DNA from: Octopus vulgaris
Taxonomy: Eukaryota
NCBI GenBank assembly: GCA_951406725.2
Contig: OX597819.1
Span: forward strand, 69,564,001 to 69,628,000
Reading direction: 5' to 3'
Length of the DNA: 64,000 nt
Positions 16,373-30,497 of the stretch are shown here, one piece after another (position 1 is the stretch's first letter; each line of letters opens with the position of its first letter). Both the position numbers and the translations under genes were made by a program. Under the pieces are notes generated by a model. That model was not told the DNA's origin, did no database searches, and saw only the letters and a program-made list of their open reading frames with translations.

Positions 16373-16899
16373 TTATTTTGGTAAAATATTGACTTAAAAG
16401 TTTGAGAGCATCGGTTCTCTTTTTACAGATATTTCCAAGCATTAAAATAAAAGTGGTTCAACTGTCTAAGACTTAACTGTCTTTTTTTTTTAAGTAAGTC
16501 ACTCATGAAGACAAGCTAGAAAGCATTCAAGTCGGGGTGTCTGTTTGTGTAAAGGTGAGCAGAATTGCGTACTGAACAATGGACCATTTTAACTTTGCTT
16601 TAGGCTGAAATATATTTTATCTTCTATTGGTTAATTTATGTTTGTAATGCATTAAAAGTTGGATTTGCTTTTTTTACAGTGTTATGCGAATTGTTGCGTA
16701 CTTTAGTTTAAATTTATTTTTTAGCGTAGAGGTTGCAGCAAGAAAAGGCTCAGACTCACCATTGTTCTTACAAGTTTCAACAACTGATGGCCGTTGTTCA
16801 ACGGTCCAAACTAGGATGTATGTATGTTTTTTTAATCTTTTACATGTTTCAATCATCAGTCTGCGGCCATGCGGAAGCACCACCTTGAGGAATTTTATG

Positions 16900-17099
16900 T
16901 CGAATGAATCGATCTCAAGGCTTAATTTTTCAAAGCCTGGTAATTACTTTATTTGTTCTTTTGCCGAAACGCTAGGTTACAATGATATAACAACACCATC
17001 ACCAATTGTCAAGAGGTAGTGGTGAACAGACAAAGACACAAAGACACACACAGACACATACATACACATACACACACATACGCACACACTTACACACTT

Positions 17100-17135
<36 letters not shown>

Positions 17136-17470
17136 GCATATATAAATACAAAATGGGACAAGAACGCAAAACATTCAAATAGACGATACAAAAACACGGA
17201 CGGGTCTTTCGAAGCCTCTAATCTTAAGTCAAGAACCAGATCATCCTCGCAATTTCGGCTGATTAATCTTGAGATTGCTCACAATCTGGCCAGCTCCAAG
17301 GAAAAACTAAGCCACGAGCATTAGATTTCTTGGAAAAAGGATCGAATGTATACGAAACAAGGATAGAAAAACGGACGATGTTACACGAATATAAATACAA
17401 AAAAAAAACAAAAATAATACGAATATAAATACAGGGACAGTGAAGTGCAAAGTAAGAAAGACAAAGCAAT

Positions 17471-17515
<45 letters not shown>

Positions 17516-17665
17516 GATGTTTCCATCTACCAAATCTATTCACACGGTTTTGGACCGTCCGAGGGTATGGTACAAGCCCCCTTGTCAAGGTGCCAAGCTT
17601 GTGAGGCTGAACCCGGAACCATGTGGTTGGGAGTAAAACTGTTAACAAACAGCCACGCCCTGCAA
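16900..17665 (-). mobile_element. SINE family B split by the 17148-17475 repeat lying in its internal microsatellite
   Basis: Tail at ~16900-17050 and head at ~17515-17665 in the same orientation. Confidence 0.65.
17148..17475 (-). repeat. Third copy of the 655-1310 structured repeat
   Basis: minus: aatctaatgctcgtggcttag...cagccgaaattgcgaggatgatctgg...gacccgtcc. Confidence 0.75.
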
Positions 17666-18344
17666 AGAAAAAAGAGAAATAAGAAAACAAAAAAACGCTA
17701 AATCATTAGCTCCATGGAGATACCGTTGCCTCGTTCCTCACTTCACTAGCGGCAAGGTGCGGCAAAAAAAACTTGGGAAGTTATCTTGTATTTCAGAATT
17801 TATTTTCTTTGTTTTTATAAATCGGTTTGCGAACTCATTCCCCGATGAGAAATATTTAATTTTGAAATGTATTTTAGAAAGTTGTGTTGATTACTCCATA
17901 AAATGTGAAAACATGATTATCGAAAGATACTTTCTGAATTTCATCAAAATCCAATTTCCGTGTACATAAAGTTAATTCTCAAAAGATAAGTTCTCAAAAT
18001 ATAAACGTGTACTGGAAGGGTAAAATAGAATATATTCGGATCAGATAAAATAATTGTTTTTAATCCCCCCCACCCTAAAACATCCGCTAAAATATTTTAG
18101 AGAAATTATTGCCTCTCTGCTTTCACATAAATATTCAGTTTTATTAAAGCCACAGCGAAACCCATACTCGGACACGATAAGCAGATTGACCACAACACAT
18201 TACCATAATATCTACATCAAAAATATGTTTCTAAAATAGAATAGTATGTAAAATACGGGTCAAAAGTGATTATACCTAGAAACTATTGGACATTTAAAGG
18301 ATAGGAAACCAGTTTTGATATTCCTCTAATACTTTGTCTATTGA

Positions 18345-19082
18345 CGTAAAGTATACTATACATCTCAATATGGCTAACCTCTAGTGTTACAGTAGCTTTT
18401 TAGCCCCAGGAGATCATCGTCTCCAGCTGGCTTTAGACACAATTTCTGTGCACTTATGATATTTGCAAAGGGAGGTCATCCTGCAGTTTCGAGATTATTG
18501 TCTCTCGTCAACACACGCTAATCACCGGTTTTCGATGAGGAGAGACCTGTTTGCGAATATCTATTTAATGTTTTTCCCAGTAACCACTGTCACTGATTTC
18601 GAAAAATGGTCTGAAAGCTACAGTAACACCCACCCCTAGTGGTTAGCCATATTTAGATGGCTAGTATACTTTACGTTGTTGAGCGCTTACTGTTTACATC
18701 ACATTCAGAGATTTATTATTGCTTTCAGACTGTTTTTCGAAATAAGTGACAGTGGATACTGGGAAAAACATTAAATAGATATTCGCAAACAGGTCTCTCC
18801 TTATCGAAAACCGGTGATTAGCGTGTGTTGACAAGAGACAGTAATCTCGAAACTGCAGTCCATGCGTATCACTTAGGTTTTCGAGAGGGGATGACCTCCC
18901 TTTGCAAATATCATAAGCGCACAGAAATTGTGTCTAAAGCCAGCTGGAGACGATAAACTCCTGGGGCTAAAAAGCTACAGTAACACCCACCCCTAGTGGT
19001 TAGCCATATTGAGATAGCTAGTATACTTTACGTTGTCGAGCGCTTACTGTTTACATCTCATTCAGAGATTTATTATTGCTTT
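18345..19082. mobile_element. Retrozyme-like element, 357-bp unit: + arm of ~1.3 units (18614-19082) joined head-to-head with an inverted arm (18345-18618)
   Basis: aaagctacagtaacaccc at 18614 and 18971; long inverted identity; flanking ctttgtctattga (18332-18344) / ctttgcctattga (19079-19091) look like a TSD. Confidence 0.85.
18821..18867 (+). ncRNA. Type I hammerhead, U3-A8 core variant
   Basis: gcgtgtg TTGACAA gaga-cagtaa-tctc GAAA ctgcag TC catgcgt; 7-bp stem I with G-U pairs, palindromic stem III ACTGCAGT, GUC site. Confidence 0.8.
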
Positions 19083-19235
19083 GCCTATTGAGTTTGAATG
19101 CTATTTAAATCAGCTCTGACTTTCATCTATCAATGGTCGATCAAATGAAGTAACAAGGACGTACTTGTGTCGTTGTAATCAGCTACAGCCCTCCACGCAA
19201 AACCACTGGCCTTGTTTAAAACAGAGTCTGTTATT

Positions 19236-19622
19236 CATTTTTACTCTAGGCGCAAGGCCCGAAATTTTGGAGGAGGGACCAGTAGATTAGATCGGCCCCA
19301 GTAGGCAACTGGTACTTAATTTATCGACCCCGAAAGGATGAAAGGCAAAGTCGACCTCGGCGGAATTTGAACTCACAACGTAAAGACAGACGAAATACCT
19401 ATTTCTTTATTACCCACAAGGGGCTAAACACAGAGGGGACAAACAAGGGCAGACATAGGTATTAAGTCGATTACATCGACCCCAGTGCGTAACTGGTACT
19501 TAATTTATCGACCCCGAAAGGATGAAAGTCAAAGTCGACCTCGGCGGAATTTGAACTCACAACGTAACGACAGACGAAATACTGCTAAGCATTTCGCCCG
19601 GCGTGCTAACGTTTCTGCCAGC
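19236..19622 (-). mobile_element. SINE family A dimer with 18-bp TSD
   Basis: Two modules; aaaacagagtctgttatt (19218-19235) and aaaacagaatctgttatt (19625-19642). Confidence 0.9.
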
Positions 19623-20211
19623 ACAAAACAGAATCTGTTATTAGATCGGTAGGAATGTGTTGTTCAACGCACGTACCACACGCGACGCACACGCGCATTC
19701 ACAGCTATACAGGCACATTGACACATACATCCATACTAACAGACACATATGCACACGGGTATAATTATGTGTATATGGATGTATGTACAACTGTAGATAT
19801 GTGTGTGAGTGTGTATGTTTGTGTGTGTATTTGTCTTCCTATATGCACATAGATACATGTATGTATACACACACATATAGACACACACACACACACACAT
19901 TTATTTATGTATGAATGTATACACACCAGCTTTCCATCAATTTTATTTGTACTTACATATGTAATAAGGAATAAAGTGCAGATGTATATGCCCGTTACTC
20001 ATATATATATATACATTCACACACACATACATATAAACACACACATATGTATAAAGTGATCGTGTGATTGGCAAAAATAGAGGACGTTGTTATACATCGC
20101 TGGCCACAATGCCTTTTGCATCGTTTTACACTTCGAATGATGGCACCCCGCTGGCTATGCGATATATGTGTGTGTATGTGTGTACATATATACACACAGA
20201 CACGCAGTTAA

Positions 20212-20212
<1 letters not shown>

Positions 20213-20304
<92 letters not shown>

Positions 20305-20305
20305 C
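20213..20305. repeat. (TAGA)n microsatellite
   Basis: Directly visible. Confidence 0.98.
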
Positions 20306-20710
20306 GTGTCTTCTATACTCATCTCTATACGCAACTTTTCACAATCGCCACAGATACTGTTATGTAAATGATATTATTCACATGCAGTCTTCTAAACAAC
20401 TGAATTATGCATCTTTCCATGTGTTTTTATGCATGCATGTTTGTGTAGGTGGCTGCCTCGGTGGATGTGCATTTCGCCGTTTCCATCTTCTTTTTCCATC
20501 GTTACCTTTGTCTATTATGATAGCTCACACTGGATATGTTATGAATCTTATGAATTATATATGCGCTAACACATCTATGTATGAATAGCTTCGCCTAAAA
20601 TCAATACTTTGCGATATTCACCTTATCTTACTGGATTAAAACGCGTGCGCTCATTGACAGGCGCCTATGCCGGGAGAGAAATATAGATAGATCTATACGT
20701 ATACATACAA

Positions 20711-20787
<77 letters not shown>

Positions 20788-20829
20788 TGTATATGTATTT
20801 ATACCGATAAAGTCATGCATCTATGTACA

Positions 20830-20909
<80 letters not shown>

Positions 20910-20955
20910 TGTATATGTATTTATACCGATAAAGTCATGCATCTATGTACATATA

Positions 20956-21040
<85 letters not shown>

Positions 21041-22174
21041 ATATGTATGTATGTATGTATGTATTATGTATGTATGTATGTATGTATGTATGTGTGTGAG
21101 TGTGTGTATATGAATGTTTCTATTTGTGTGGTGTGTGTGTGTGTCTGTATATGTATATATGAGTGTCTTTGCGTCCATGTGCGGTTCGTATCATGTATGT
21201 GTATTTGTATTTGTGTACGGCTGCGTGTGTGTGTGTGTATGCTTGTATGTGTGTGCCTTTGTGTATATGGTATATATGTTAGTATGTGCAGGGATATACA
21301 TTCTTTCTGTGGCCGGACGAACGCACAGGTCTACCACAGAAGAGGCATGATTTGGTTCCACATCAATACCACACAGTGTTCTGCATACTTAGCAACTTCG
21401 GGTGATAGTTGCCTTCTTGAAGTTCCGAGAAACTAAAAACAAATCACAATAATGTTATTGGAAAGGAAGATTAATTTGGACGAATCTGTAATTCTTGTAA
21501 TTATCTCAAATTGCTTTACTGAAAGAAAATCTATACAGATTTCGATATTTTGGTTTCATATTTTATATCAATTTTGTCGTAGTAGAATATAAAGTAATGT
21601 TTCTGTAACACGGCGGATTTACTGGCGCCGCTATTAATATGTAATATGATTTACTAATCTCGGTTTGAAATGTTGCAGGAATTGATCTCTCTTTGGAACT
21701 TCCCTGAAATTATTCTTGCTTTCTAAATATCCTTTGTTTTGATTTACTAGTTTTCTACATGCCTATACGCTGCGCAGCGATGCTTCAATATACATGAATA
21801 AAGTAATATTTTGTCATAACTACACACGTCGCCCGTTGCTAAAACGTAGTTTCTCAGTATGGGTGTCTCTGTACGGTCGTTTGACCTGCTGCAAAGAGCA
21901 GTGAAATTTTCCTCAAAATATACAATACTATCTTAAAATGAATAGGATTGTCTAAATCAAGGCAAATGGCGCTTCACAAATAAAAGTCAAGATGGCCGAA
22001 GCAAGTTAATCTGTAATCATAGGTCACCCAGGTCAAAGCCTAGATTTCACTGGGCTAAACTGAAAAAAGATTAGGAGACAGTGTCTTAAGTAGATTTAAA
22101 CTGTAAGAACCCAATATAAGCTTCGAGTAGTATTATCGGGTGAATTTTATGGTCTTTATTCTTTCGAAACTGTT

Positions 22175-22615
22175 ATGGCTGTGTGCCTAAGAATCTAGCT
22201 TTGCATTCACATGGTTTCTGGTTCGGTCCTACAACGCGGCAGCTTCTACAACTGTCTCGACTCTGGCCCCGGCTTGACGCATGTTTCTGTCATTTTGGTG
22301 ATCGAAAAGTGTGAGGAAGCTCCTCATACATATATATGCATGAGTGTGTGTGTGTGTGTGTTTGTGTCTATGTGTGTATGTATAAATATGTATATCTTAA
22401 TGTGTATGTTTATATTCAGTTGTAACAAAAATAATTTTACATTAATCTGATGCTTTCCTCTACACTTTTGTAGGGTACAAATTTATTAATCTTAATCAAG
22501 TTGTTGACAGTCACTTCGAAGTTTCGGCCAGCTAAGCTATCATCGTACATATATAGGTATATATATATATATGCGTGTGTGCGTGTGTGCGTTTGTGTGT
22601 GGGATGTGTGTGTGA

Positions 22616-22660
<45 letters not shown>

Positions 22661-22880
22661 TGTGTGTGTGTCTTTGTGTTTATGTTTTTCCTCACTACAC
22701 CTTCATAACTGATGCTGGTCTGTTTTCATACCCGTAACTTAATGGTTTTAGCAAAAGAGATCGATAGAATAATTAGGCAGCCTTAAAAAATGTGCTAGAT
22801 TCGATTAGTTCAGGTACACACTTCAAGCAGTGCGCAAAAATGGTCACGGTTCAATGATTAAAACAAATAAAAGATAAAGG
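22175..22880 (+). mobile_element. Diverged SINE family B with inserts in its internal microsatellite
   Basis: Head at ~22175-22325 and tail at ~22660-22880. Confidence 0.6.
22506..22545 (-). ncRNA. 5'-truncated hammerhead-like motif, same family as 60548-60677
   Basis: minus: CGATGA tagc-ttagct-ggcc GAAA cttcgaag TG actgtc, then AATAAA; palindromic ACTTCGAAGT; position 17 is G (non-cleavable). Confidence 0.55.
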
Positions 22881-23007
22881 ATGTTGTAGCTTAAAATTTA
22901 AAAAAAACGAAAAATTAATTTGAATTTGAAAGCTCAAGGTTTCTAAATTTGACCGAAACATCTCCGTAAATGTCCGGTGTATAAATTCCACGATATGTTT
23001 TCAATCG

Positions 23008-23452
23008 ACGGCGACGAACTAGCAGAAGCGTTAGCACACCGGACGAAATGCTTTGCGGTATTTCGTTTGTTTTTACGTTCTGAGTTCAAATTCCGCCGAG
23101 CTTGACTTTGCCCTTCATCCTTTCTGGGTCAATAAATTAAGTACCAGTTGCATACTGGGATCGATGCAATCGACTTTCCCCCGTTCCCCCAAAAATATTC
23201 GGGCATTGTGCCTAGAGCAGAAAAGAATATGTTTTCAGTCGAGTAGGGCAGACATTTTAAGGGTTGTTAGTGACATAACTGCTGTTTAAACAGTAAGGTA
23301 GTTTGGAAATGAAAAATAGATCGAGGGTTTGAGTCAGAAGATCTGTTAATATTTTTTTTCTGAAAGGCGGCGAGCTGGCAGAAGCGTTAGCACACCGGGC
23401 GAAATGCTTGGCGGTATTTCGTCTGTCTTTACCTTTTGAGTTCAAATTCCGC
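23008..23452 (+). mobile_element. SINE family A copy (23008-23228) plus a partial head (23365-23452)
   Basis: Head and module matches. Confidence 0.85.
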
Positions 23453-23726
23453 ACTGAGAGCGCTGACATCAACTTTGGACTCAGTTCAGCTGAGCATTTG
23501 TATTATTTAGGGTTAATGTCTTCCTGTTTGTGAAGCAGTCCTTCATGTTCGGATTATCTTACATAAGAGAAATATAAAAATAAAAAAAGGGAAATCACTT
23601 CTCACAGTTGGAACTTTCATGATAAGAAGAGCAAAGCATGTTTTCTGATAAATGAGACGTCATAAACGTCCATGAAATCAACCTGGCCTATCGTTAAAAA
23701 GGAACTGAAGAAAAGAAATGAAAATA

Positions 23727-23879
23727 CAGGAGCGGCTGAGTGGTAAGTAGCTTGCTTACCAACCACATTTTTTCCGGTTCAGTCCCACTGCGTGGCACCT
23801 CCGGCAAGTGTCTTATAGTTGACTTTGCCCTTCATCCTTGTGAGTGGATTTGGCAGATGGAAACTGAAAGAAGCCCATC

Positions 23880-23921
<42 letters not shown>

Positions 23922-24135
23922 TTGCGTGTCTGTGTTTGTTCCCCCACCCAACATCGCTTGACAACCGATGCTGGTGTGTTTACGTCCCCGTAACATAGTG
24001 GTTCGGCGAAAGAGACCGATAGAATAAGTACTAGGCTTACAAAGAATAAGTCCTGGGGTCGATTTGCTCGACTAAAAGCGGTACTCTAGCATAGCCGCAG
24101 TCAAATGACTGGATCAAATAAAGGTATAAAAGAAT
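23727..24135 (+). mobile_element. SINE family B, full length
   Basis: ggagcggctgagtggtaagtagcttgc...(TA)n...gcttgacaaccgatgctggtgtg...gccgcagtcaaatgactg. Confidence 0.9.
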
Positions 24136-24794
24136 ACATACAGCCTCTAACAAAACACAAACATGCAAAAAGTGAAAACTTGTTTTAAGTTCATTGAAGC
24201 GAAAAAAAATATGAACGCAACAAAGCTGCCATATTGATTTGAGAAATGACATCACACGCTTGTTAAATATTTGGTCTGGTACTGCTAATGAGGGTTTTAC
24301 TATCCAGTGATAAAGATAAATGCAATAATAGTAATAAACGATCATTACTAGGCGAGATTTATATCAGCATATATGTAATTAGGGAATGAGTACAGGAAAA
24401 TTGTCAAAGAAACTGAGTCTAGAAAAGAAGGTAACAAAAACTACCCAATATAATTAACGAAACCGGCATGTGAAGATGTTCTATATTTTTTTTTAGCTCT
24501 TAATTATGTAATGTTTCTTTTATATACTCTCATCTCACGTCATGCGGACGCACACAGTCACACACATGCATATACCTATGTATGCATCTACGCCTATTTA
24601 ATAAGAGTTTGACTCAGCTCCACATGTTTTAAAGTTTCGTGAGAGGTAGGACAGGTCTATCTCATCAGACGGTAGAAGAGTGACAGATTTGAGACAAAGT
24701 AGATACAGTTTCTAGTTGCTTTGCGCTATTTTGGTCAACTCAGGTCACGTAGTATTAATGATGTGAAATTTACACCAGCTATTTATTTTACTAA

Positions 24795-25195
24795 TTAGGC
24801 CCACGCGTCCGAACAAGTTGGTGACAAAATACTGGCGCCTCTTAAACGATGGCTGCATGGTACGGTATTCACGAACGTAAGGCTAAATGGGCCTATTCTG
24901 AGTATGTTTCCAAAGTATAAGGAAAAAAACTGGAAGAAAACACGGTAGAGTAATCCGGCACATTTTGTGGTTTTCTCTGACTTACCCAAAGTGAACTGCC
25001 CCTCAATTGGGGGGCGGGTCTATTTATTATTTTTTTATTTGACTTTGTATATATCTTGTAATATCTTTATTGCTGCTGTTTTCATATTGGTTGCCGTATG
25101 TCCCATCCTTTTGTGTATAGTATTTTGCCTTTTGGTATTGAACTCAATGTTTTATGCCCTTGTGGCCAATAAAAGAAATTATCATTATTACTATT
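24795..25195 (+). mobile_element. Possible 3' end of a LINE, clade unresolved
   Basis: Short coding-like stretch (KRWLHGTVFTNVRLNGPILSMF), T-rich UTR, gccAATAAAagaa, then (ATT)-like tail. Confidence 0.35.
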
Positions 25196-25490
25196 ATCAT
25201 TTTTATAGTTTTTAAAGCAGCGATCTGTCAGAATTGTTACCGCCCCGGGAAAAATGTTTAGCGGCTTTTTCTTTTCCGACTTTTACATTCTGAGTTCAAA
25301 TGCTGCTGGCGTTTGCTTTTCGTCCTTCCAGGGCCCATAAATGAAGTATCAGTTGAACACTGGTGTCGGCATTATCAACTTACCTTTTCCCCGAAACTGC
25401 TGTTCGTATACAAAAAGTTGAAGCCATTTTTATTATTGAAAGTGTTGATGGTGTTGTTGGTGTTGTTGCTATTGGTGGTGGTGGTGGGTG

Positions 25491-25558
<68 letters not shown>

Positions 25559-25560
<2 letters not shown>

Positions 25561-26640
25561 TAGTTTTATTTTTATAGCGTGCTTTCACTTCACTACCGAG
25601 CGCAGCTCTGTGTGCCTTGGGTATGTGCTGTGATTTGTTGTGATGCTCTGATGGTTATTGTATGGAAAGTGTTCTGCGTAGGATGTGTGCAGTGCCTAGT
25701 AGTGCAATTTTCTTTATGTTATATGTATTTGTAAGTCCTGGTGTTTTTGTTATGTATTTGTCTGAATATTTTTAATCATGCCTAATGCACCTACTATGAT
25801 AGGAATTGTTTCTGTTTTCAGATTCCACATTCTAGTTACCTCTATTTCCAGGTCTTTGTATTTTGAATGTTTCTCCATTTCTTTTAGAGACACGTTGTCA
25901 TCTGCCGGTATTGATACATCAATTAGAAAGCATTTTTTTCTTCATGATCTCTGACAACTATATCTGGTCTGTTGGCCTTAATTTCTCTATCTGTGTGCAT
26001 CGGCATATCCCTGAGTATGGTTGCTTTCTCGTTTTCTGTGACCTTTTCTGGTGTGTGCCTATACCATCTTTTTTCTGTTGTTATTCCATAATGTTGGCAT
26101 AGCTTCCAATGTATGTAGGTTCCAACTCTGTCATGTCTGTGAATATATTCCTTCTTAGCCAGGACTGGGCAGCTAGAGATAATATGATTTATTGTTTCTT
26201 GTCCATCTCCACATATTCTGCAGTTACTTGTAATATTTCTTTTCATTACATGTTTTTGGTAATTTCTGGTGGGGAGGCTTTGGTCTTGTGCTGCAATTAA
26301 AAATTCTTCTGTTTCTGCTTTGAGTCCTGAGCTTCTCAACCATTGCTGGGATTTTTCTTTGTCTATTTCTTTTGCGTTTAGTTTAGTCCAGTATTTACCA
26401 TGAAGGGGCTTTTCTTGCCATCGTTTTATCATGGTTCGTTGCTGTTCTATTTTTAGTTTGGATTTCATTTGTTTTATAGCTTTTGTTGTTTCTTCATCTT
26501 CTTCTTCTTCTTCATGTTTATTAGGTGGTATGATTTCTTGTTTGTATTTGTCAGCTTCCTTAAATACTGAGAACAGTTTTTTGTTTTGCTCGTGTTTTGC
26601 CGCTATCTGGATCAGTTTTCCTTCCTTCTGAAGTAGATAT
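25559..26640 (-). mobile_element. R4/Dong-like RLE non-LTR retrotransposon, 5'-truncated, in (TAA)n
   Basis: ORF 25923-26468: KPLHGKY...WL...LKAETE.FLIAAQDQSLPTRNY...CRICGDGQETINHIISSC (CCHC), RHD, NRPDIVV; flanked by (ATT)n. Confidence 0.9.
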
Positions 26641-26686
26641 TTTTGCAGTCCTATGGTGGTTATTTTATAGTAGTTTTCCAGCTGTA

Positions 26687-26797
<111 letters not shown>

Positions 26798-26839
26798 CAT
26801 CATCATCATCATCATCTTCATTATTATCATTATTATTAC

Positions 26840-27720
26840 TGAGTGAAAGAGCATACTGGGTATGATGGAAAGTTTCAGCTGTCTACAACCAGCAAACTAA
26901 GCTGACACCTGTTTACTGGTCATGCTTCAAGAACTCTGCGAAGAATTCTTGCAGTTCCAAGCAATGCTGATTTTTGTAGGTGTTCTACCTTCACAATTGC
27001 ACCAATCTTTCTCTACTATGTTGGTAGTTGAATGCTGATACTTCCAGCTTCACCAATTGCTATTGGCATCATGTCTACTCTCTACATTGATTAGAACCTT
27101 CGTATTTCCCACTTTGAATCGTCAAAGTCGTTAATTTTTCTTCTTTCACGTTGATCCTTTTGTCACTGAGGCATTCTATGTCGATTATCATACCTGTTCT
27201 TTGTTTTTTCTTCACCATAACAATGTACGGTTTCTGATGTATGGGCAGGTAATCGCACTGGATCATTGCATCCCATAGGATTTTACAATTCTTATTTTCG
27301 GTGACTTCTACTGGGGTTTACTGATACAACGTCTTTCCTCATCGTAGGCCGTGATTTCCACACAGTTCCCAATGGATCATTCTTTCCACATTGTCACGGT
27401 GTCTTTCGTATTCGCGTTTTGCCAATTTCGGGCATTCGCTAACGATGTGCCATTCGGTTTCACCCCTCTCACCACACATTCTGCATTCGTTGCTATCCGT
27501 AGTGTTGTCTATTCTGTACTTCATATAACTGGTCCTTAACACTAGTTCCTGAGCTGCGCACATGAGTGCTTCTGTCTCTATCTTCAGGTCATTCCTCCTC
27601 ATCCATAGCCACCGGTCCTCTGCATCTGTCTTGGCGTTCACATCTCTTGCAAGCTGACCATATATTTTCTTTTCTTTGTTCATTTGCTCTTTAAGTTTTT
27701 CGTTTGTTACACAATTTGTT
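26840..27720 (-). mobile_element. Second R4/Dong-like family 3' fragment in (TAA)n
   Basis: WLW...LKIETEALMCAAQE...CRMCGERGETEWHIVSECPKLAKREY..RDNV; frameshifted KPYIV..IIDI; flanked by (ATT)n. Confidence 0.88.
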
Positions 27721-27729
27721 TAAATTAAT

Positions 27730-27744
27730 CTTTATTATTACTAC

Positions 27745-27796
<52 letters not shown>

Positions 27797-28492
27797 ATTA
27801 TTATTATTATTATTATTATTATCATTATTATTATTATTATTATTATCATTATTATTATTATTATTATCATAACAATTATTAAGTTAATTCCACTAGTTAT
27901 GTATTTATTAAATGAATTTTATGAATTTCATTTGCTTGAAATCAAAAATCCTGCTTGATCTCTTCTGCTTGAAAACTCGATGTGCATAGAAAACAAACTC
28001 GCTTCCATTATTGCTCAGTTTTACAAAGCATTATCGTTCATATGCGGAAAAACAACAAAATAACAAAAAAAAACCCGAAAAAATACAAGTTTTTGAATGA
28101 TGTATCGTGGATTGAATTAAAAAACATCAAAATTAAAAACAAAAAAAAACAACCTGTAATATTTGTATCAAACGAAATAAGATAATGTCTGGCAAGTGAT
28201 TTCCTGTTTTTCACAAATGTTATTCACCCCTTAGGCAACACAAGTAAAGCATCATGGGACGACCATTTGGCTTCAATAGCCTGTGATCTTTGGTGAGAAA
28301 GCAGACAGTCTTTTGAAATGTTGCTTGTGTAAACCGCCATTTTAAAAGATTTTTTTCTTTTCTATTCACAATGCGATTTGCTCGCGTTTACTCAGATTTC
28401 GTGTTGCAGCATCTTCAAAGCTATTTCTGCTTCTAATGATGCGTTTAACACTTTTCCTCATTGTTACAATTATTATATTCCGCTGTTGTCAC

Positions 28493-28563
<71 letters not shown>

Positions 28564-29536
28564 GCTGATGTTGTTTTCGTTGCTGTTATTGTCGTTGTTG
28601 ATCCTGTTCTTATAATAATAATTATTATTATCATTATTCTCATTCTCATTATTATTATTATTATTATCATTATTATTGTTGTTGTTGTTGTTACTATTAA
28701 TACTACTACTACAGCTCTTGTTGTTGCTGTTATGATTGTTTTTATCATTACTACGTGTTATTATTATTATGACTGAGATTATTATTATTATTATTACTAC
28801 TACTACTACTACTACTAATACTACTACTACTACTAATACTAATACTAATACGAATACTACTACTACTACTACTACTACAATCTTATTACATTTATTTTTT
28901 AATTGCAATATCTATAATGAAAATTATATTGATGTTCTTATTCTTGTCCTACTCATTATCATTATTTCTCCTTCTGCTTCTCCTTTCTCCCCTACTTCTT
29001 CTTCTTCTTCTTCTCCTTCTTCTTCTTCTTCTCCTTCTTCTTCCACTGCTTCCTTCTTCTTCTTCTTCTTCTTCTTCTTCGTCTTCTTCTTCTTCTTCTT
29101 CTTCTACTGCTGCTGCTTCCTCTTCCCCTTCTTCCCCTTCTTCTTCCTTTTCTACTTCTACTTCTTTCTTCTTTCTTCTCCTTCTTCTTCTTCTTCTTCT
29201 TCTTCTTCTTCTTCTCCTTCCACCTCTTCTTCTTCTTCTTCTTCTTCTTCTTCTTCTTCTTCTCCTCCTCCTCCTTATTCCCCTCCTCCTTGACGCTAGT
29301 AGTATCTCTTCTTGTTCATTGCAAGCAGCAGCGATTATGTTCGTGTGATCTCTGCTGTCGTCGTCGTCGATGCTTTTCTGCTTCTTCTCAAAAACTTGTA
29401 CTTCCATTTATTCTGCTCGCAACTAGGTGGCGATTCTGTTTCCTATTTTCATTTTGCTCTATTGATATTTATGTCCATGATTTCTGTCGCAATAAATATC
29501 ATCACGAACATGAAGACGCTTACGATCCAATGTTGG

Positions 29537-29591
<55 letters not shown>

Positions 29592-29654
29592 GCTGTATCA
29601 TTATTATTATTGTTGTTGTTATTGTTACTGTATTATTATTATTATTGTTATTAC

Positions 29655-29753
<99 letters not shown>

Positions 29754-29960
29754 TATTAATATTATTATTATTATTGCTGTTGTTGTTATTGTTGTTGCTG
29801 TTATTATTTACCAATTCTTATAAATTCTATGATCATGGTGGTGGTGGTGCTGGTGGTTGCGGTGATGGCAGTGGTGGTGATGGCGATGGCGCAGGTGGCG
29901 GTGGTGGCAGCGTTGGCGCAAGTGGTGGTGGTGGTGGTGGTGTTACCGATGACGATAACG
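27730..29960. repeat. Trinucleotide block (ATT)n,(ACT)n,(TCT)n,(GTT)n,(GGT)n
   Basis: Directly visible; source of the poly-I/L/N/R/S/G ORFs. Confidence 0.95.
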
Positions 29961-30287
29961 ATGATGATAGGTGTTCCTTTTCAACTTCTTCCTGTTGGTG
30001 TTCTTACTGTTTTAATGTTGTAGCTGTTCTCATGCTTTCATCTATTCTGCATTTCGTTTCCATATTCTTCTTCCTGCACGAAATCTGTTTACTTCCTTCG
30101 TCACAAGCTGATTCTTCGTCTACAACCATTTCCACTTATCTCATATGGAAAGAACCTATAACATACAGAGGGGCATGAAGAAACACGCGCTTACACAAAC
30201 ACACATGCAGACACGATCCCAAACACACACGGACACAAAAGAAAGACACATAGACATATATATATTTATAGAAAGAAAACCACATGG

Positions 30288-30342
<55 letters not shown>

Positions 30343-30466
30343 TCGCCATACTTAGAGAGACTTAGTAATTTTAATATTTCTATTACATATATATATATAT
30401 ATATATATATATGTTATGTATATATATATATATGTATGTGCATGTATATTTATATATGGTATGTGC

Positions 30467-30496
<30 letters not shown>

Positions 30497-30497
<1 letters not shown>

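Noticed and set aside
28378-30178. Long poly-I/L/N/R/E/G ORFs up to 288 aa
   Set aside because: Trinucleotide repeat read-through, open in several frames on both strands
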